Source: Nemertoderma westbladi
Lineage: Eukaryota; Animalia; Xenacoelomorpha
Direction of reading: 5' to 3'
NCBI GenBank assembly: GCA_032718475.1
Contig: JAUCBJ010002945.1
Span: 1 to 64,000 of the forward strand
Length of the DNA: 64,000 bases
Both the position numbers and the translations under genes were made by a program. Below are positions 1 to 11,478 of the stretch, piece by piece (position 1 is the stretch's first letter; each line of letters begins with the position of its first letter). The notes beneath the pieces are model-generated. The model did no database searches. It saw only the letters and a program-made list of their open reading frames with translations, and was not told the DNA's origin.

Positions 1-139
1 TGGCCCCCTCCATTCAGCATCTTGACCTCCTGTTATCACCTCGCGATGTAATAATTAACCATTATATACTTCATTCTGAGCAATTTCGTCAGTCTTCCTA
101 TTTTTTCCACCGGTTGTCACAAATTGTTTTTTACCGCAC

Positions 140-915
140 GCCCGTCCGCTCGCTCGCCCGTCCGCTCGCTCGCCCGTCCGCTCGCTCGCTCGCTCGCCCG
201 TCCGCTCGCTCGCTCGCCCGTCCGCTCGCCTCGCTCGCCCGTCCCGCTCGCTCGCTCGCCCGTCCGCTCGCTCGCTCGCCCGTCCGCTCGCTCGCCCGCC
301 CGTCCGCTCGCTCGCCCGCCCGTCCGCTCGCTCGCCCGTCCGCTCGCTCGCTCGCCCGTCCGCTCGCTCGCTCGCCCGTCCGCTCGCTCGCCCGTCCGCT
401 CGCTCGCTCGCTCGCTCGCCCGTCCGCTCGCTCGCCCGTCGCCGCTCGCTCGCTCGCCCGTCCGCTCGCTCGCCCGTCTGTCCGCTCGCTCGCCCGTCCG
501 TCAGCTCGCTCGCCCGTCCACCTCGCTCGCTCCCCCATCCGCTCGCTCGCTCCCCCCCCATCCGCTCGCTCCCCCATCCGCTCGCTCGCTCCCCCATCCG
601 CTCGCTCGCCCGTCCGCTCGCTCGCTCGCTCTCCGTCGCTCGCTCGCTCGCTCGCTCTCCCGTCCGCTCGCTCGCTCCCCCGTCCGCTCGCTCGCTCCCC
701 CGTCCGCTCGCTCGCTCGCCCGTCCGCTCGCTCGCTCGCCCGTCCGCTCGCTCGCTCGCCCGTCCGCTCGCTCGCTCGCCCGTCCGCTCGCTCGCCCGTC
801 CGTCCGCTCGCTCGCTCGCTCGCCCGTCCGTCCGCTCGCTCGCCCGTCCGCTCGCTCGCTCCCCCGTCCGCTCGCTCGCTCCCCGTCCGCTCGCTCGCTC
901 CCCCGTCCGCTCGCT
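140..915. repeat. GC-rich compound microsatellite (CGCT)n interspersed with CCCGTC
   Basis: Direct reading: cccgtccgctcgctcg repeated; explains the 55-1083 low-complexity ORFs. Confidence 0.95.
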
Positions 916-1560
916 TGCTCGCCTTTTCATTCGTCCCATTTCGTTTACTTTGCTAACACTTTATTTCTACTGATATTTGTAACCACATATACTCGAAGTA
1001 AATGTTTCATTCATTTCCCCTCACCTTATTTTATCATTATTTTTTCTACGTTATCGAAATATATTATGATATTTATTTATTAGTGCTTTTATTGTCCACA
1101 TTTCATTATCAAAACTGCCCGTGATTTGTAAATACAAAAAGATTGAATGCGAGCGCGTTAATAAAGAAACTAAATTTTGCAACCGAAACCTCCCTGAGTG
1201 TCCCAATGATAGACACCATATTTTTTGGAACCACCATGTTTATTTTCATGATATTTTTGGCGCACTTTTTTCATTTTCGTATTCTATTTCTGATAAATGG
1301 CAAATTTGTAAAAAAAAATCAAAATTTTGAAAAATTGAAAAAACGCATGTTTTTTGTAAATTTTCATTAAAAAAATGGCTAAATATTATTAAATTAAGAA
1401 AAGTGCGCGAAATTCATTAAAGCCTATCAAATTAACTTTCATATAAAGCCCAAATTGCAAAAAAAACGGTTAAGAAATGGCGGAGGAGTAGTATTTTTCG
1501 TGCGAAAAAATGTCATTCTGCGATGGCCCCACGAACGTGTCCAATTATTAAAATTATAGA

Positions 1561-1840
1561 AGGGAACTGAGGTCGGCAAACAGGGATAATAATGGTGACA
1601 TATGGAAAGCGTGCCTTCAGTGTTGCGGGTTCTACATTATGGAATGCGCTGCCACAAACTGTCAGATACTCGACCTCTGTAGAAATTTTTAATTTTTTTT
1701 AATTAAATTGTTAATTTAAATTTACATTTTAACATTAGCAGCTTGGTGAACAATTAATTAGTAGTTTAAACATTTGTACCGTCTTTGCTCCAAGAGAACA
1801 TAGCGTATTGGCGTTATATAAGTTTTATTATTATTATTAA
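1561..1840 (+). mobile_element. 3' end fragment of an L2-clade LINE
   Basis: 1592 onward translates MVTYGKRAFSVAGSTLWNALPQTVRYSTSVEIF, matching the L2 ORF2 C-terminal motif YGxRAFSxxxPxLWNxLP; ends in gcgttatataag...(tta)n tail. Confidence 0.8.
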
Positions 1841-1842
1841 AA

Positions 1843-2200
1843 TAGGGAGAAAATGTTTAACTTTTTCCCTGGGGAAAAAAGTAACCCATATGATTGATTG
1901 CATTGATTTTAGCCTACTTTTAAATATTAATAATAATAAAAAAATTTTGGTGGAATTTCTTAAATTTTATTACATATATTGAAAGAGCATCGACGTAGAA
2001 AAGATTTCCACGTGATTTGAGCAAAATCCATTTACACACTGAAAAGTTATTTAAACTTTAGTGTCTGTAAGGCGAACTCCAAAACGGAACTGAATTATCA
2101 AGTAGTGGTTTATGTTGTTAAGCGGCTCTCTAGTTACGTAATAAATATTCGAGAACACTAATTAATTTAACATCGTAAGGCGGCATCAGGAGTTGAGATT
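1843..2200 (+). repeat. Dispersed repeat (probable non-autonomous DNA transposon fragment), copy A
   Basis: Motifs aaggcgaactccaaaacggaact and gttgttaagcggctctctagttacgtaa recur in reverse complement at ~53150-53500. Confidence 0.75.
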
Positions 2201-2277
2201 AGATTTATAGCTTTTTTAGAGATTTCTAGGTGTCGATTTTTAGGTTTTGAATAAAATTGTTTAACAAAATTACATAC

Positions 2278-2420
2278 CGGTAGATGACGTCAATGCATGG
2301 CGTAGGGAAATACTGATAAATAATGTCGCACTGCGATATAAAGTTGGAAAATATGTCGCCCTGGTAGTGCCAGTGCGCCATAATATGCCTGAGGTCTGTA
2401 TATTGTTTGTAATATCTGTT
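2278..2420 (-). CDS. Probable internal exon of an unidentified gene (NRYYKQYTDLRHIMAHWHYQGDIFSNFISQCDIIYQYFPTPCIDVIY)
   Basis: Flanked by ttccAG acceptor and GTATGT donor; open reading frame; more GC-rich than flanks. Product not recognised. Confidence 0.5.
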
Positions 2421-2756
2421 CTGGAATGTACAAAACATAAAGGTAATACTACAAGTCTTACTCTCTCATTGGACTGTTTTGATTATTAAGTCACACTGTC
2501 CCATCTCTGATTCACAAATTACAATTTAGTTCAAATTATTGAATATGATAAATTCCTAAATAAATATTCTAGAAATAAGTGCCGTTAATATAGAAAAGTT
2601 CCAACTAAAGTTAGAAGGTAGAATGAAGCTTTACGTATGATAGAGTAGGATTCATTCCTGTAACGTTACAGTATGCGGACAATCTACCGCTACCAAGAAG
2701 TAATTAAAGCTAAATAACATTGGAGGTTCTAATACTTTTGTTACTGGGCCATAAGA

Positions 2757-3064
2757 CAGGGGGTTGCTCCTTAATTTCAGTTTCAATTAACCCTGATTTT
2801 CCCTGACATTTCCCTGACTTGAAAAATTCTAACTTTCCAATAAAATTTGGTGATGGTAGGAAGTCTAAGTCCGAGCGAAGAGAGCAAAAAATTGGGAAAA
2901 ATTGGACTCGATGTTACTCGCTTATAACACTTCCCGTAAATCACATTCCCTGACTTTTCCCTGATTTATCCAATTTTTAATAGTTGTCCTATTTTACCCT
3001 GACATTTCAAGAAAAAATGAAATTCTCTGACTATTCCAGGTTTTCCAGGTGAGTGGCAACCCTG
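2757..3064. mobile_element. hAT-like MITE remnant
   Basis: Imperfect TIRs caggggggttgc.../...tggcaaccctg with repeated subterminal ttccctga motifs; no TSD seen. Confidence 0.55.
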
Positions 3065-3230
3065 TAGAAATGTTGCATGAATTCTCCCCAGCAAAACCTG
3101 TTAAATATATTATTAAATTTATTAAATTTAATATATTATTAAATATATTTATAATGCTCGCGAAAATGAAACTCGAAAGAAATGGATTTAACTTGGATTT
3201 GGCCTTTTTTTTGTCTTGTACTAAGAAAGT

Positions 3231-4388
3231 TTACTCATCACTATTATCAATATTCGGGACCTGTAAGTCTGGGACCTGTAATTCATTATTTAGATCAGCG
3301 AAGAAGTCCGCTTTACTTGTGTGCTTAACACGTCTATTCAAAGCCTTATTCTTAACCTCTCGTTCAACCTTCTTCCTCGAATCAAACTTCCTCCCTTCAA
3401 ACTGTTCAACATTCCAGAACCTGATCGTCTGATCGTGACCTGCGGAGACAGTAAACTTCCGATCGTGAGTCACGGCTAGACACTCAACGGGATTGTCGGG
3501 GTGGTCACCAACCACTCCGAGGAAACGATTGGGCAGCAGATTAACGGCCCGTACCAACCCGTCCATCGAACCGGTACAGACGACCGAATCCCCAATAGCG
3601 ACTAAACAGTCGACACCGAACGGATGTCCCGGAAACCGGTCGCTTATGTTACCGAACTCCCCCCAATTAAATATATCCAACCCGCCTTCCCCGTCGCCGC
3701 AAACCAAGTTCCTCCCCTCGCGGAACGCGGACGCGCACAGGAGATCCGAGTTTAAACTCTCGCTCACCATGACTTCCTTCCCTCGCCGGTAGTTCACCGC
3801 GTGCAGTCTCCCGTCTCCGCACGCAGCCACCACTACTCGCCCGCTCGACGCCGCGACTATCTCGCTTACGAACTCCTCGCAGAGTCGCAACTCGAGCTTC
3901 GGTTTCGCTGGATCCCGCAGGTCGTGTAGTCGCAGGAATCCCTCGTCGTCGCCCGTAGCAACCAAGTTCGCGTCCAGCACTCGCATCGCGTATACCGGTG
4001 TGACGTTGCAACGCGGTAGAGCTTCGAGAATCGCCTCGGTTTCTATATCGTAGAGGATGAGACCCCGACCGACGGACCAGAGTTTCAGACCGTCCGGGTG
4101 GAAGGCAACCTTCCTACAGCCCTTCCGGTGGAGTCGTTCCGACAGCACCAACTGCGGTACGGCGGTTCCGGTGTAGCAGTAGAGACGCACGTAGCCGGAA
4201 ACCTCGCCGGAACACAGGAACTCCTGGTTGGGGTGGCAATCTAGACTGAATACAACGGAATCTACGTCGATATCGGCAGGACTATCAGTCACCGCTAGAG
4301 GCGTACCGGAGTCGCCCGAGGAGGCAGTGCAAGAGTTTAAAGGTATTTCCTCGTCGCTACAAGAACTACTAGAGTCATCTTCCTCCAT
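3231..4388 (-). CDS. WDR55: WD repeat-containing protein 55 (JIP5 ortholog), intronless CDS, 385 aa
   Basis: WD40 repeats; diagnostic FNWGEFGNISDRFPGHP, RAVNLLPNRFLGVVGDH, SAGHDQTIRFWNV and C-terminal DFFADL motifs. Confidence 0.92.
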   Translation of the reverse strand: MEEDDSSSSCSDEEIPLNSCTASSGDSGTPLAVTDSPADIDVDSVVFSLDCHPNQEFLCSGEVSGYVRLYCYTGTAVPQLVLSERLHRKGCRKVAFHPDGLKLWSVGRGLILYDIETEAILEALPRCNVTPVYAMRVLDANLVATGDDEGFLRLHDLRDPAKPKLELRLCEEFVSEIVAASSGRVVVAACGDGRLHAVNYRRGKEVMVSESLNSDLLCASAFREGRNLVCGDGEGGLDIFNWGEFGNISDRFPGHPFGVDCLVAIGDSVVCTGSMDGLVRAVNLLPNRFLGVVGDHPDNPVECLAVTHDRKFTVSAGHDQTIRFWNVEQFEGRKFDSRKKVEREVKNKALNRRVKHTSKADFFADLNNELQVPDLQVPNIDNSDE

Positions 4389-4445
4389 TCTATTTCACCT
4401 GTTATTAAAAACATCAGTTAATATAATAACGTCCCGTGGCCGTGA

Positions 4446-6030
4446 GTGTATGAGGTGTAACAGTTGCCCTTAATATTCTCTACGTGTATGAGGTGTAACA
4501 GTTGTCCTTAATATTCTCTACGTGTATGAGGTGTAACAGTTGTCCGTAATATTCTCTACGTGTATGAGGTGTAACAGTTGTCCTTAATATCCACTACGTG
4601 TGAGGTTTAACAGTTATCCTTAATATCCTCAACGTGTATGAGTTGTAACAGTTGTCCTTAATATTATCTACGTGTATGAGGTGTAACAGTTGTCCTTAAT
4701 ATTCTCTACGTGTATGAGGTGTAACAGTTGTCCGTAATATTCTCTACGTGTATGAGGTGTAACAGTTGTCCTTAATATCCACTACGTGTGAGGTTTAACA
4801 GTTATCCTTAATATCCTCAACGTGTATGAGTTGTAACAGTTGTCCTTAATATTATCTACGTGTATGAGGTGTAACAGTTGTCCTTAATATTCTCTACGTG
4901 TATGAGGTGTAACAGTTGTCCTTAATATTCTCTACGTGTATGAGGTGTAACAGTTGTCCTTAATATTCTCTACGTGTATGAGGTGTAACAGTTGTCCTTA
5001 ATATTCTCTACGTGTATGAGGTGTAACAGTTGTCCTTAATATTCTCTACGTGTATGAGGTGTAACAGTTGCCCTTAATATTCTCTACGACGGTACGTGTA
5101 TGAGGTGTAACAGTTGTCCTTAATATTCTCTACGTGTATGAGTTGTAACAGTTGTCCTTAATATTCTCTACGTGTAAGAGGTGTAACAGTAGTCCTTAAT
5201 ATTCTCTACGTGTATGAATATTCTCTACGTGTAAGAGGTGTAACATTTGTCCTTAATATTCTCTACGTGTATGAGGTGTAACAGTTGTCCTTAATATTCT
5301 CTGCGTGTATGAGGTGTAACAGTTGTCCTTAATATTCTCTACGTGTAAGAGGTGTAACAGCTGTCATTAATATTCTCTACGTGTATGAATATTCTCTACG
5401 TGTAAGAGGTGTAACAGTTGTCCTTAATATTCTCTACGTGTATGAGGTGTAACAGTTGTCCTTAATATTCTCTGCGTGTATGAGGTGTAACAGTTGTCCT
5501 TAATATTCTCTACGTGTAAGAGGTGTAACAGTTGCCCTTAATATTATCTATGTGCATGAGGTGTAACAGTTGTCCTTAATATCCTCTACGAGTATGAGTT
5601 GTAACAGTTGTCCTTAATATTATCTACGTGTAATAGGTGTAACAGTTGTCCTTAATATTCTCTACGTGTATGAGGTGTAACAGTTGCCCTTAATATTATC
5701 TATGTGCATGAGGTGTAACAGTTGTCCTTAATATCCTCTACGAGTATGAGTTGTAACAGGTGTCCTTAATATTCTCTACGACGGAACGTGTATGAGGTGT
5801 AACAGTTGTCCTTAATATCCTCTACGTGTAAGAGGTGTCACAGTTGTCCTTAATATCCTCTACGAGTATGAGTTGTAACAGTTGTCCTTAATATTCTCTA
5901 CGTGTAACAGGTGTCCTTAATATTCTCTACGTGTAACAGGTGTCCTTAATATTCTCTACGTGCATGAGGTGTAACAGTTGTCCTTAATATCCTCTACGAG
6001 TATGAGTTGTAACAGTTGTCCTTAATATTC
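4446..6030. repeat. 38-bp minisatellite, ~41 copies
   Basis: Unit gtgtatgaggtgtaacagttgtccttaatattctctac. Confidence 0.97.
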
Positions 6031-6242
6031 CTTTGTGTTGAAAACTACTTAGTCATTGTTGAGTTCCTACATCGACTTTGGCATTGGTAGATGGGCCTCT
6101 TTCATTCTGAGACCAGGTTGAATACAAATTTAGCATATTTCCAGCTTTCATCTCCAGCACTTAATTAACCCACCTGGATCGCCCACAGCTGGCGAGCTGA
6201 AGGTCGTTATAAGGTTTGAGTTAAGCCTACGGAGGAAGTGGC

Positions 6243-6960
6243 ATGCTTAGTAGTTGCCTTAGACAACTGAGCCAGCAAACTCAGTCATTTGTGGTATCCT
6301 GGATTTATCTTAAAATAAAATATGCCCATGGCGTGTTCCAATCAACTAGCTATAAAGATCGTTGGTGTTACATTTGTTGGTGTATCTATTGTAAAGAAGG
6401 AGGAGTAGCTTACATCTATTCAGAGAACGAGGCCTTGCGAAGCGAATACGTTGAAAGATATACGATCTCGTAAGTCAGTTGCCATATTTCAACCAAAGCA
6501 ACGTTCATGAATGCGATGGCGTTTGTTACCAATTCACTCTGAGATTCGTTGGCGAATATAAGAAGGATTCTCACGACGGTGTTTTAGAGTATGTAGTCGT
6601 GGGATGTCACGATAAATGTTTAGCTGCCAATGAAGCGGGTTGCATGTATCAACTTACTATTCAACAGGAGAAGCCACGGGATGATCAAGAAATACACACA
6701 TCAAATACGTAGGGATGGTTGATGGCTGGTTGGTAAACCACTTCACAGTTCTGGATAAGTCCTGCCAAGTCCAGTGTTGTTACGGCACCGATCAATGTCG
6801 TCCGCTTACATGGCAGTTCGAAGAAGACAGGAAAACCACAAGCGCGGCTGCCCTTGAGGAAACTACAACAACAAAGATAAGCGGAGCACAAACAGTTTCT
6901 GGCGCGTTTCAACTAGTTGAAATGTGTCTTGTATTTGGGGTCCTCTACAACAACTACTGA
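6243..6960 (+). pseudogene. Ly6/uPAR (three-finger, quiver-like) GPI-type protein with two frameshifts
   Basis: Three consecutive ORFs join to CYIC...ECDGVCY...VVGCHDKC...GC...CQVQCCYGTDQC, then a Thr-rich stalk and hydrophobic C-terminus; frameshifts near 6455-6470 and 6700. Confidence 0.55.
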
Positions 6961-7380
6961 AATTAATGAGAATATAGAACAAATACTTTCCTGTGGTGGT
7001 GGGATACCATAGTAGTGAAAGCATATATTTTTCGAGTCAGAATTTGCCAGAACATTTATTTTTGCTTTCATCATTTAGCTACAAACTCATTTAATAATAA
7101 TCAATCATTTATAAATATTACGCCAGTAACTAACACCCCATTTATTCTTAAACTTTATGGTAATCTGTTACAGAACTGATGGAGAGTTGACCTTGCTATT
7201 TTAAGGATTCATTGAATTTGGATGAGAAATAACTGAGATTTGATCGTTCTAAATCAGGGGAAGGGAGTATTGATAACTTGTCATCTCGCCGAATTATTAA
7301 CATATGAATAATCGATTAAGGGGGAGGAGTTGCGCTTATGAGATACGTTATGTAGTAACGTTATACACGTATATTAAAAT

Positions 7381-7535
7381 TAAGTGGCCGTGCACAAATG
7401 ATGTCACGCTATTTTTGACGATTTTCGACAGCCCAACCCCCCCCCCCCCCTGTCACTATCTGTCATGAATTTTGTCTTTGAACTTGAACGTCACGTCACA
7501 TAAAACCACGTCAAATCGACGTCACGTCAAATAAC
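7381..7535 (+). mobile_element. PIF/Harbinger-like MITE end
   Basis: taa-gtggccgtgcacaaatgatgtcacgc...poly-C...tgtcac, typical terminal structure of such MITEs; second TIR not found. Confidence 0.4.
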
Positions 7536-7877
7536 CAGTATTGTGGGGGGTCGGTGAAGCAAAGGTCATTCGGTACTTCGCTGTTGTAAGGTTTCCTTCA
7601 TCGACAATTTATTATCTTTATTTACCTGTACTTATTTATTTGTGTGGAATATTTGATTCACTATTAAAAATAGGAAAATCTTTTTCTAGACTCGTTAAGC
7701 CAAGCCACTGATGCTAAAGTAACTTTAATTTCGAAGAAACTTTATATATTTAAAACATAATGTGTTAAACAGTGTGACAAAATAAAAACAATGACAAAAA
7801 TATATAGTTGGATAGTTAGATTATATATTATACGTGTTACATACCTAAGTGGTTGTATAAATAGAGCAACACTGGGC

Positions 7878-8206
7878 TCAAGAAGACCACCAAGCTAGGA
7901 GACCCAACCCCGGTTCACTAATACTAGCGGCTATGGAGTAGGGTGTCTGTATTGGGGCGGTGTCTATGTCGGAAGGGCCCCTCTCACCAGTGGGAGTTGT
8001 GTCTGTAAAGGTCTCCCCGATACAACGGAACCTAATCTCCTTGTCCACCTCCAGGTAGAAGTCGTGAGTGGTGGTTTCTTCTGGCGTTTCCTCGGTTTCC
8101 GGGTCCGGGGACGTTGAATACTGCCACACCCACAATCCTGATTCTTCGTCGAATCTATTGGGTAGCATCAGATGGTCCGCGCTCACTGATATGTCGTCGA
8201 AGAAAC
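7878..8206 (-). CDS. POLR3H: RNA polymerase III subunit RPC8/RPC25, exon 2
   Basis: Acceptor atAG at 8208-8207; continues G|FFDDISVS...FDEESGLWVWQY...EIRFR...PYSIAASISEPGLGLLAWW. Confidence 0.93.
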
Positions 8207-8658
8207 CTATAATATGATGGGATAATTACTGCTTGTTTAATTGTCGGCATTGTGCAGCCAGGAGTATGTAGGATTGTAGTATTGTACACGAGCAGTGGTC
8301 CAGAGTCTGAATCGTTAAAAAAATGTACAGACTCCGACTAACTACAAAACTCAGTGTTATTTTATCATTATCTAATCGAAAATGGTTGCTTTTTCATTAA
8401 AAAAATGAACTTTTTCGCTGACAATGATCAGATGATTGTTTAAATTAAGCCCAAGTCATTACATGAGTCGATACATTTCAATTTTGTTTCTATATTTTTT
8501 ATTTGGGAAAATTTTGGTCTTAAGTCGGAGTCGGAGTCAAATTTATTTTTTACGCACCGGCACGCCTTTTTTACGAGTGTTCAACAAACTGACTTACTGC
8601 GAGGAGAGTAGGTAGCCTACTCACATGCTGGACGGGACATAACTGCCAACTAACTAAC

Positions 8659-8962
8659 CTAGTGAGACTTGTATGCCGTCGCTAGAATTCGCTTTAATCT
8701 TTCCGATAAGAATTTCGTCGATGTAAGGACGAAACACGACGAAACGAAACTCCACAGTAGTGTGGGAGGAGCCGTCCCCAGGGAATATCCAAGATTCTCC
8801 CACTCTTGTGATATCGAACAAATTGATACACAAGCCAACCTGGTGGACCACTCGGTTAGCAAACTTTTTGTTTAGTTGTATGGAAATCGCTTCGTTTAAT
8901 GGTTTATCAAAATTCCACGGCTTAATTCTAATGCAATCTTTCATATCAGCGAGTACGAACAT
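8659..8962 (-). CDS. POLR3H: RNA polymerase III subunit RPC8/RPC25, exon 1
   Basis: [16 protein letters not shown]...[17 protein letters not shown]...[20 protein letters not shown]; phase-1 GTTAGT donor at 8658. Confidence 0.95.
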
Positions 8963-9129
8963 TTTCTAGAGGGAACCTACATATCTCTGCAGCCTGGCCT
9001 GAGCCTATCACCCCTGACCCTATCATTCTGTCATTTCCGGCAGTAACGTTTAGACTTACATGCATGGGCATGCATAAGCATATCCCTCTAGCCCATCATC
9101 TCTACCACTACCACAGGACAAAGGCTACC

Positions 9130-9306
9130 TACTGACCTACATTGCCATTTTGACCGGACCCATTGCCATTTAAAGGAGCAGGTTAGTAAAGGTTAAATAA
9201 ACGCGGGTAAGGGTCCGGTCAATAATACACAAGTAAAATATAAATCAAATATAAAGCTTCAATACGGTATTTAGAGGGTCCGGTCAATTGGTCCGGTCAG
9301 TCAGTA
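9130..9306. mobile_element. Small MITE-like inverted-repeat element upstream of POLR3H
   Basis: tactgacc...tgaccggaccc on the left versus gggtccggtca...ggtcagtcagta on the right. Confidence 0.45.
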
Positions 9307-9554
9307 CGGTAGCTACTTCACTACCACGTCAGCATGCCAGTTAACGGTTTAATTCAAAGCCAGACCAGCAGACTGCCAGAAAGTAGTAAAGCATAATGTA
9401 GGGAACAGCGCAGCTGGCAGCAGGCGCATGGTGATCAGAAATCAGTGAGGGAGGTTGCGCATCGGCATCAGATCAGTAGGTGTGAAGCAAGGACTAAGAG
9501 TAGGCCTAGCGCCTATGTCTTCTAGTCTTGGCAGCTTGCTGTGTAGACTTAGCG

Positions 9555-10914
9555 GGCTTCCTGGAAAACACGCAACAGCGCAAGGCACAACAGTGCAACG
9601 ACGCAACAGCGCATCAGCCCTATAACCAATGAACAACATTGGCGCAACAGCGCAACAACCTAAGATTGGTTTATACATTCCACTCTAATTCCATTGGCTT
9701 GTACATTCTGTTGCGTTCTATGACATTCCATTTCTGTAGCACCGATGGCGTAACAGAGTAATAAATAAAGCAAGGTACTGTACCTTCTAAAAGGAGGGCG
9801 ACCTATAACAATCCTAGTACCAATATGGAACTCACTTCCCAGTGACGTTATCGAATCAGTAAGTGTTAAGTCCTTTTGTGAGAAACTTAAAACTTGTAAT
9901 TTATTAGAACATTGCCATTTCAATAGGATTCGATTAATTACGACGCATGATCATTGCATTTATTTTTAGTTTCTACTCAGTATGCATAAACTTTTGTCTT
10001 TATACCAAACATAAAATGTTTTTATAGAAGAGTGAACAGTTATTGATGGCGTGGTTATTTGTAATTATTGCCGTTTCTAATTCAGTGTATTTAAATGTAA
10101 ATTGTTGATTTCGTTAGTTATTTGTTTTATTTTATAATTTTAATAAAAAGAGAGTTCAACTCAATTCAATCCAATGCAGAGCTATACCGAGCTAAAACCG
10201 TCCTATACCAAACTATAGTGATGCCATAGAGCTACAACGACTTCCGACGCAATCAAAATTCATGTCTCCAAGCGGCCAGGGGAAAGTCGACGCAAATAAC
10301 GCCTGATTACTCCCAAAAATAACAGTGTAACCTGATTTATTACGACAGAATATTAAATAAAATAAATAAAAATTATTGCGACAAAGCACCGTATACCCCG
10401 TGTTTTTAGAATTAACTGATTTCTGGGATTGAAATCCCCCTTACAGCTGTCACACTTCTTTGCCTTTGATTCCTTGGCGCGAATGATTTCTACTTTTTCG
10501 TCAACTTCAATTGATGACTGGTTAAGGTTCGATTGTAATGTTCTGGAAATATCTTGGTCCGGTATGTTATCGGCAATTAGTACTTGACGTTGACATGACA
10601 CACACACTGCACTGCTGCACACGGCTGTACTGTACATACACTGTACTGCTGTATGCAGACTTACCATACAACTGTACAATGTATCAAACAGTCAATAACC
10701 AGTATTTTCATGTATTTGTAGGCCTAACTTCTCCTGTTCTCTGCTTGTTGCGCCATCGGCGCTACAGAAATGGAATGTCATAGAACGCAACAGAATGTAC
10801 AAGCCAATGGAATTAGAGTGGAATGTATAAACCAATCTTAGGTTGTTGCGCTGTTGCGCCAATGTTGTTCATTGGTTATAGGGCTGTTGTGCTGTTACGC
10901 CGTTTCCAGGAAGC
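9555..10914. mobile_element. Non-autonomous Mutator-like (MULE) element with ~170-200 bp TIRs and a 9-10 bp TSD
   Basis: TIRs 9555-9756 and 10745-10914 (gcttcctggaaa.../...tttccaggaagc); direct repeat AGACTTAGCG at 9545-9554 and 10915-10924. Confidence 0.85.
9811..10150 (+). mobile_element. CR1-clade LINE 3' fragment nested in the MULE
   Basis: Translates ILVPIWNSLPSDVIESVSVKSFCEKLKT (CR1 ORF2 C-terminal WNSLP motif); the downstream extent is inferred. Confidence 0.6.
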
Positions 10915-11184
10915 AGACTTAGCGCCATTATTGTGGATGTCTAGGTAGGCCTACCAGTACAGCAGTACAGCGGTGCCCTTGTTTGAATTTGCCTCCCTCC
11001 TCGCCCTGCTTATTCATTCTTCGCATTGCGCAGCGTTTGCGCACTCACGTCCCTCAAGTTTTATGAAACGTTTCATTTTTACATATAGAGATAATAATTT
11101 ATAATAATTATTATCTATTATGAAATCTGAAATCTTTACATTATTCCACGACAATATGATTTTTACTCTTCTTTTATTTAGGCC

Positions 11185-11478
11185 TACGCCATGCCCAGGA
11201 ATATACAGAAGTGTCGTAATTCAATCCCTAATTTTTCTACAAATATTAATAAGATTGCATGAAATTTGAAACAATATAGATAGTTTCACTTCCCGCCCGA
11301 CCGCTTAGTGGGTGAGACAAAACTTTTGTAGTTTTGCTTTCAATCTTTGGCTACATGCGTTTAAAAAAGTGTCTCCGGTGATATTTCACCAGTTACACTC
11401 CAGTTATTCTTCAACCTTATAGTGATTTGTTGATACTGTTAGAAAGCTGGCCATGCTAGGATTCCAAATATGTAACAC
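11185..11478 (+). mobile_element. Truncated single arm of the fold-back MITE family at 29.0 and 30.4 kb
   Basis: Shares gtgtcgtaattca...gattgcatgaaatttgaaac...gattccaaatatgtaacac with 28996-29290. Confidence 0.8.

Noticed and set aside
55-1083. Long Arg/Ser/Ala-rich ORFs on both strands
   Set aside because: Translations of a (CGCT)n-type microsatellite that lacks stops.
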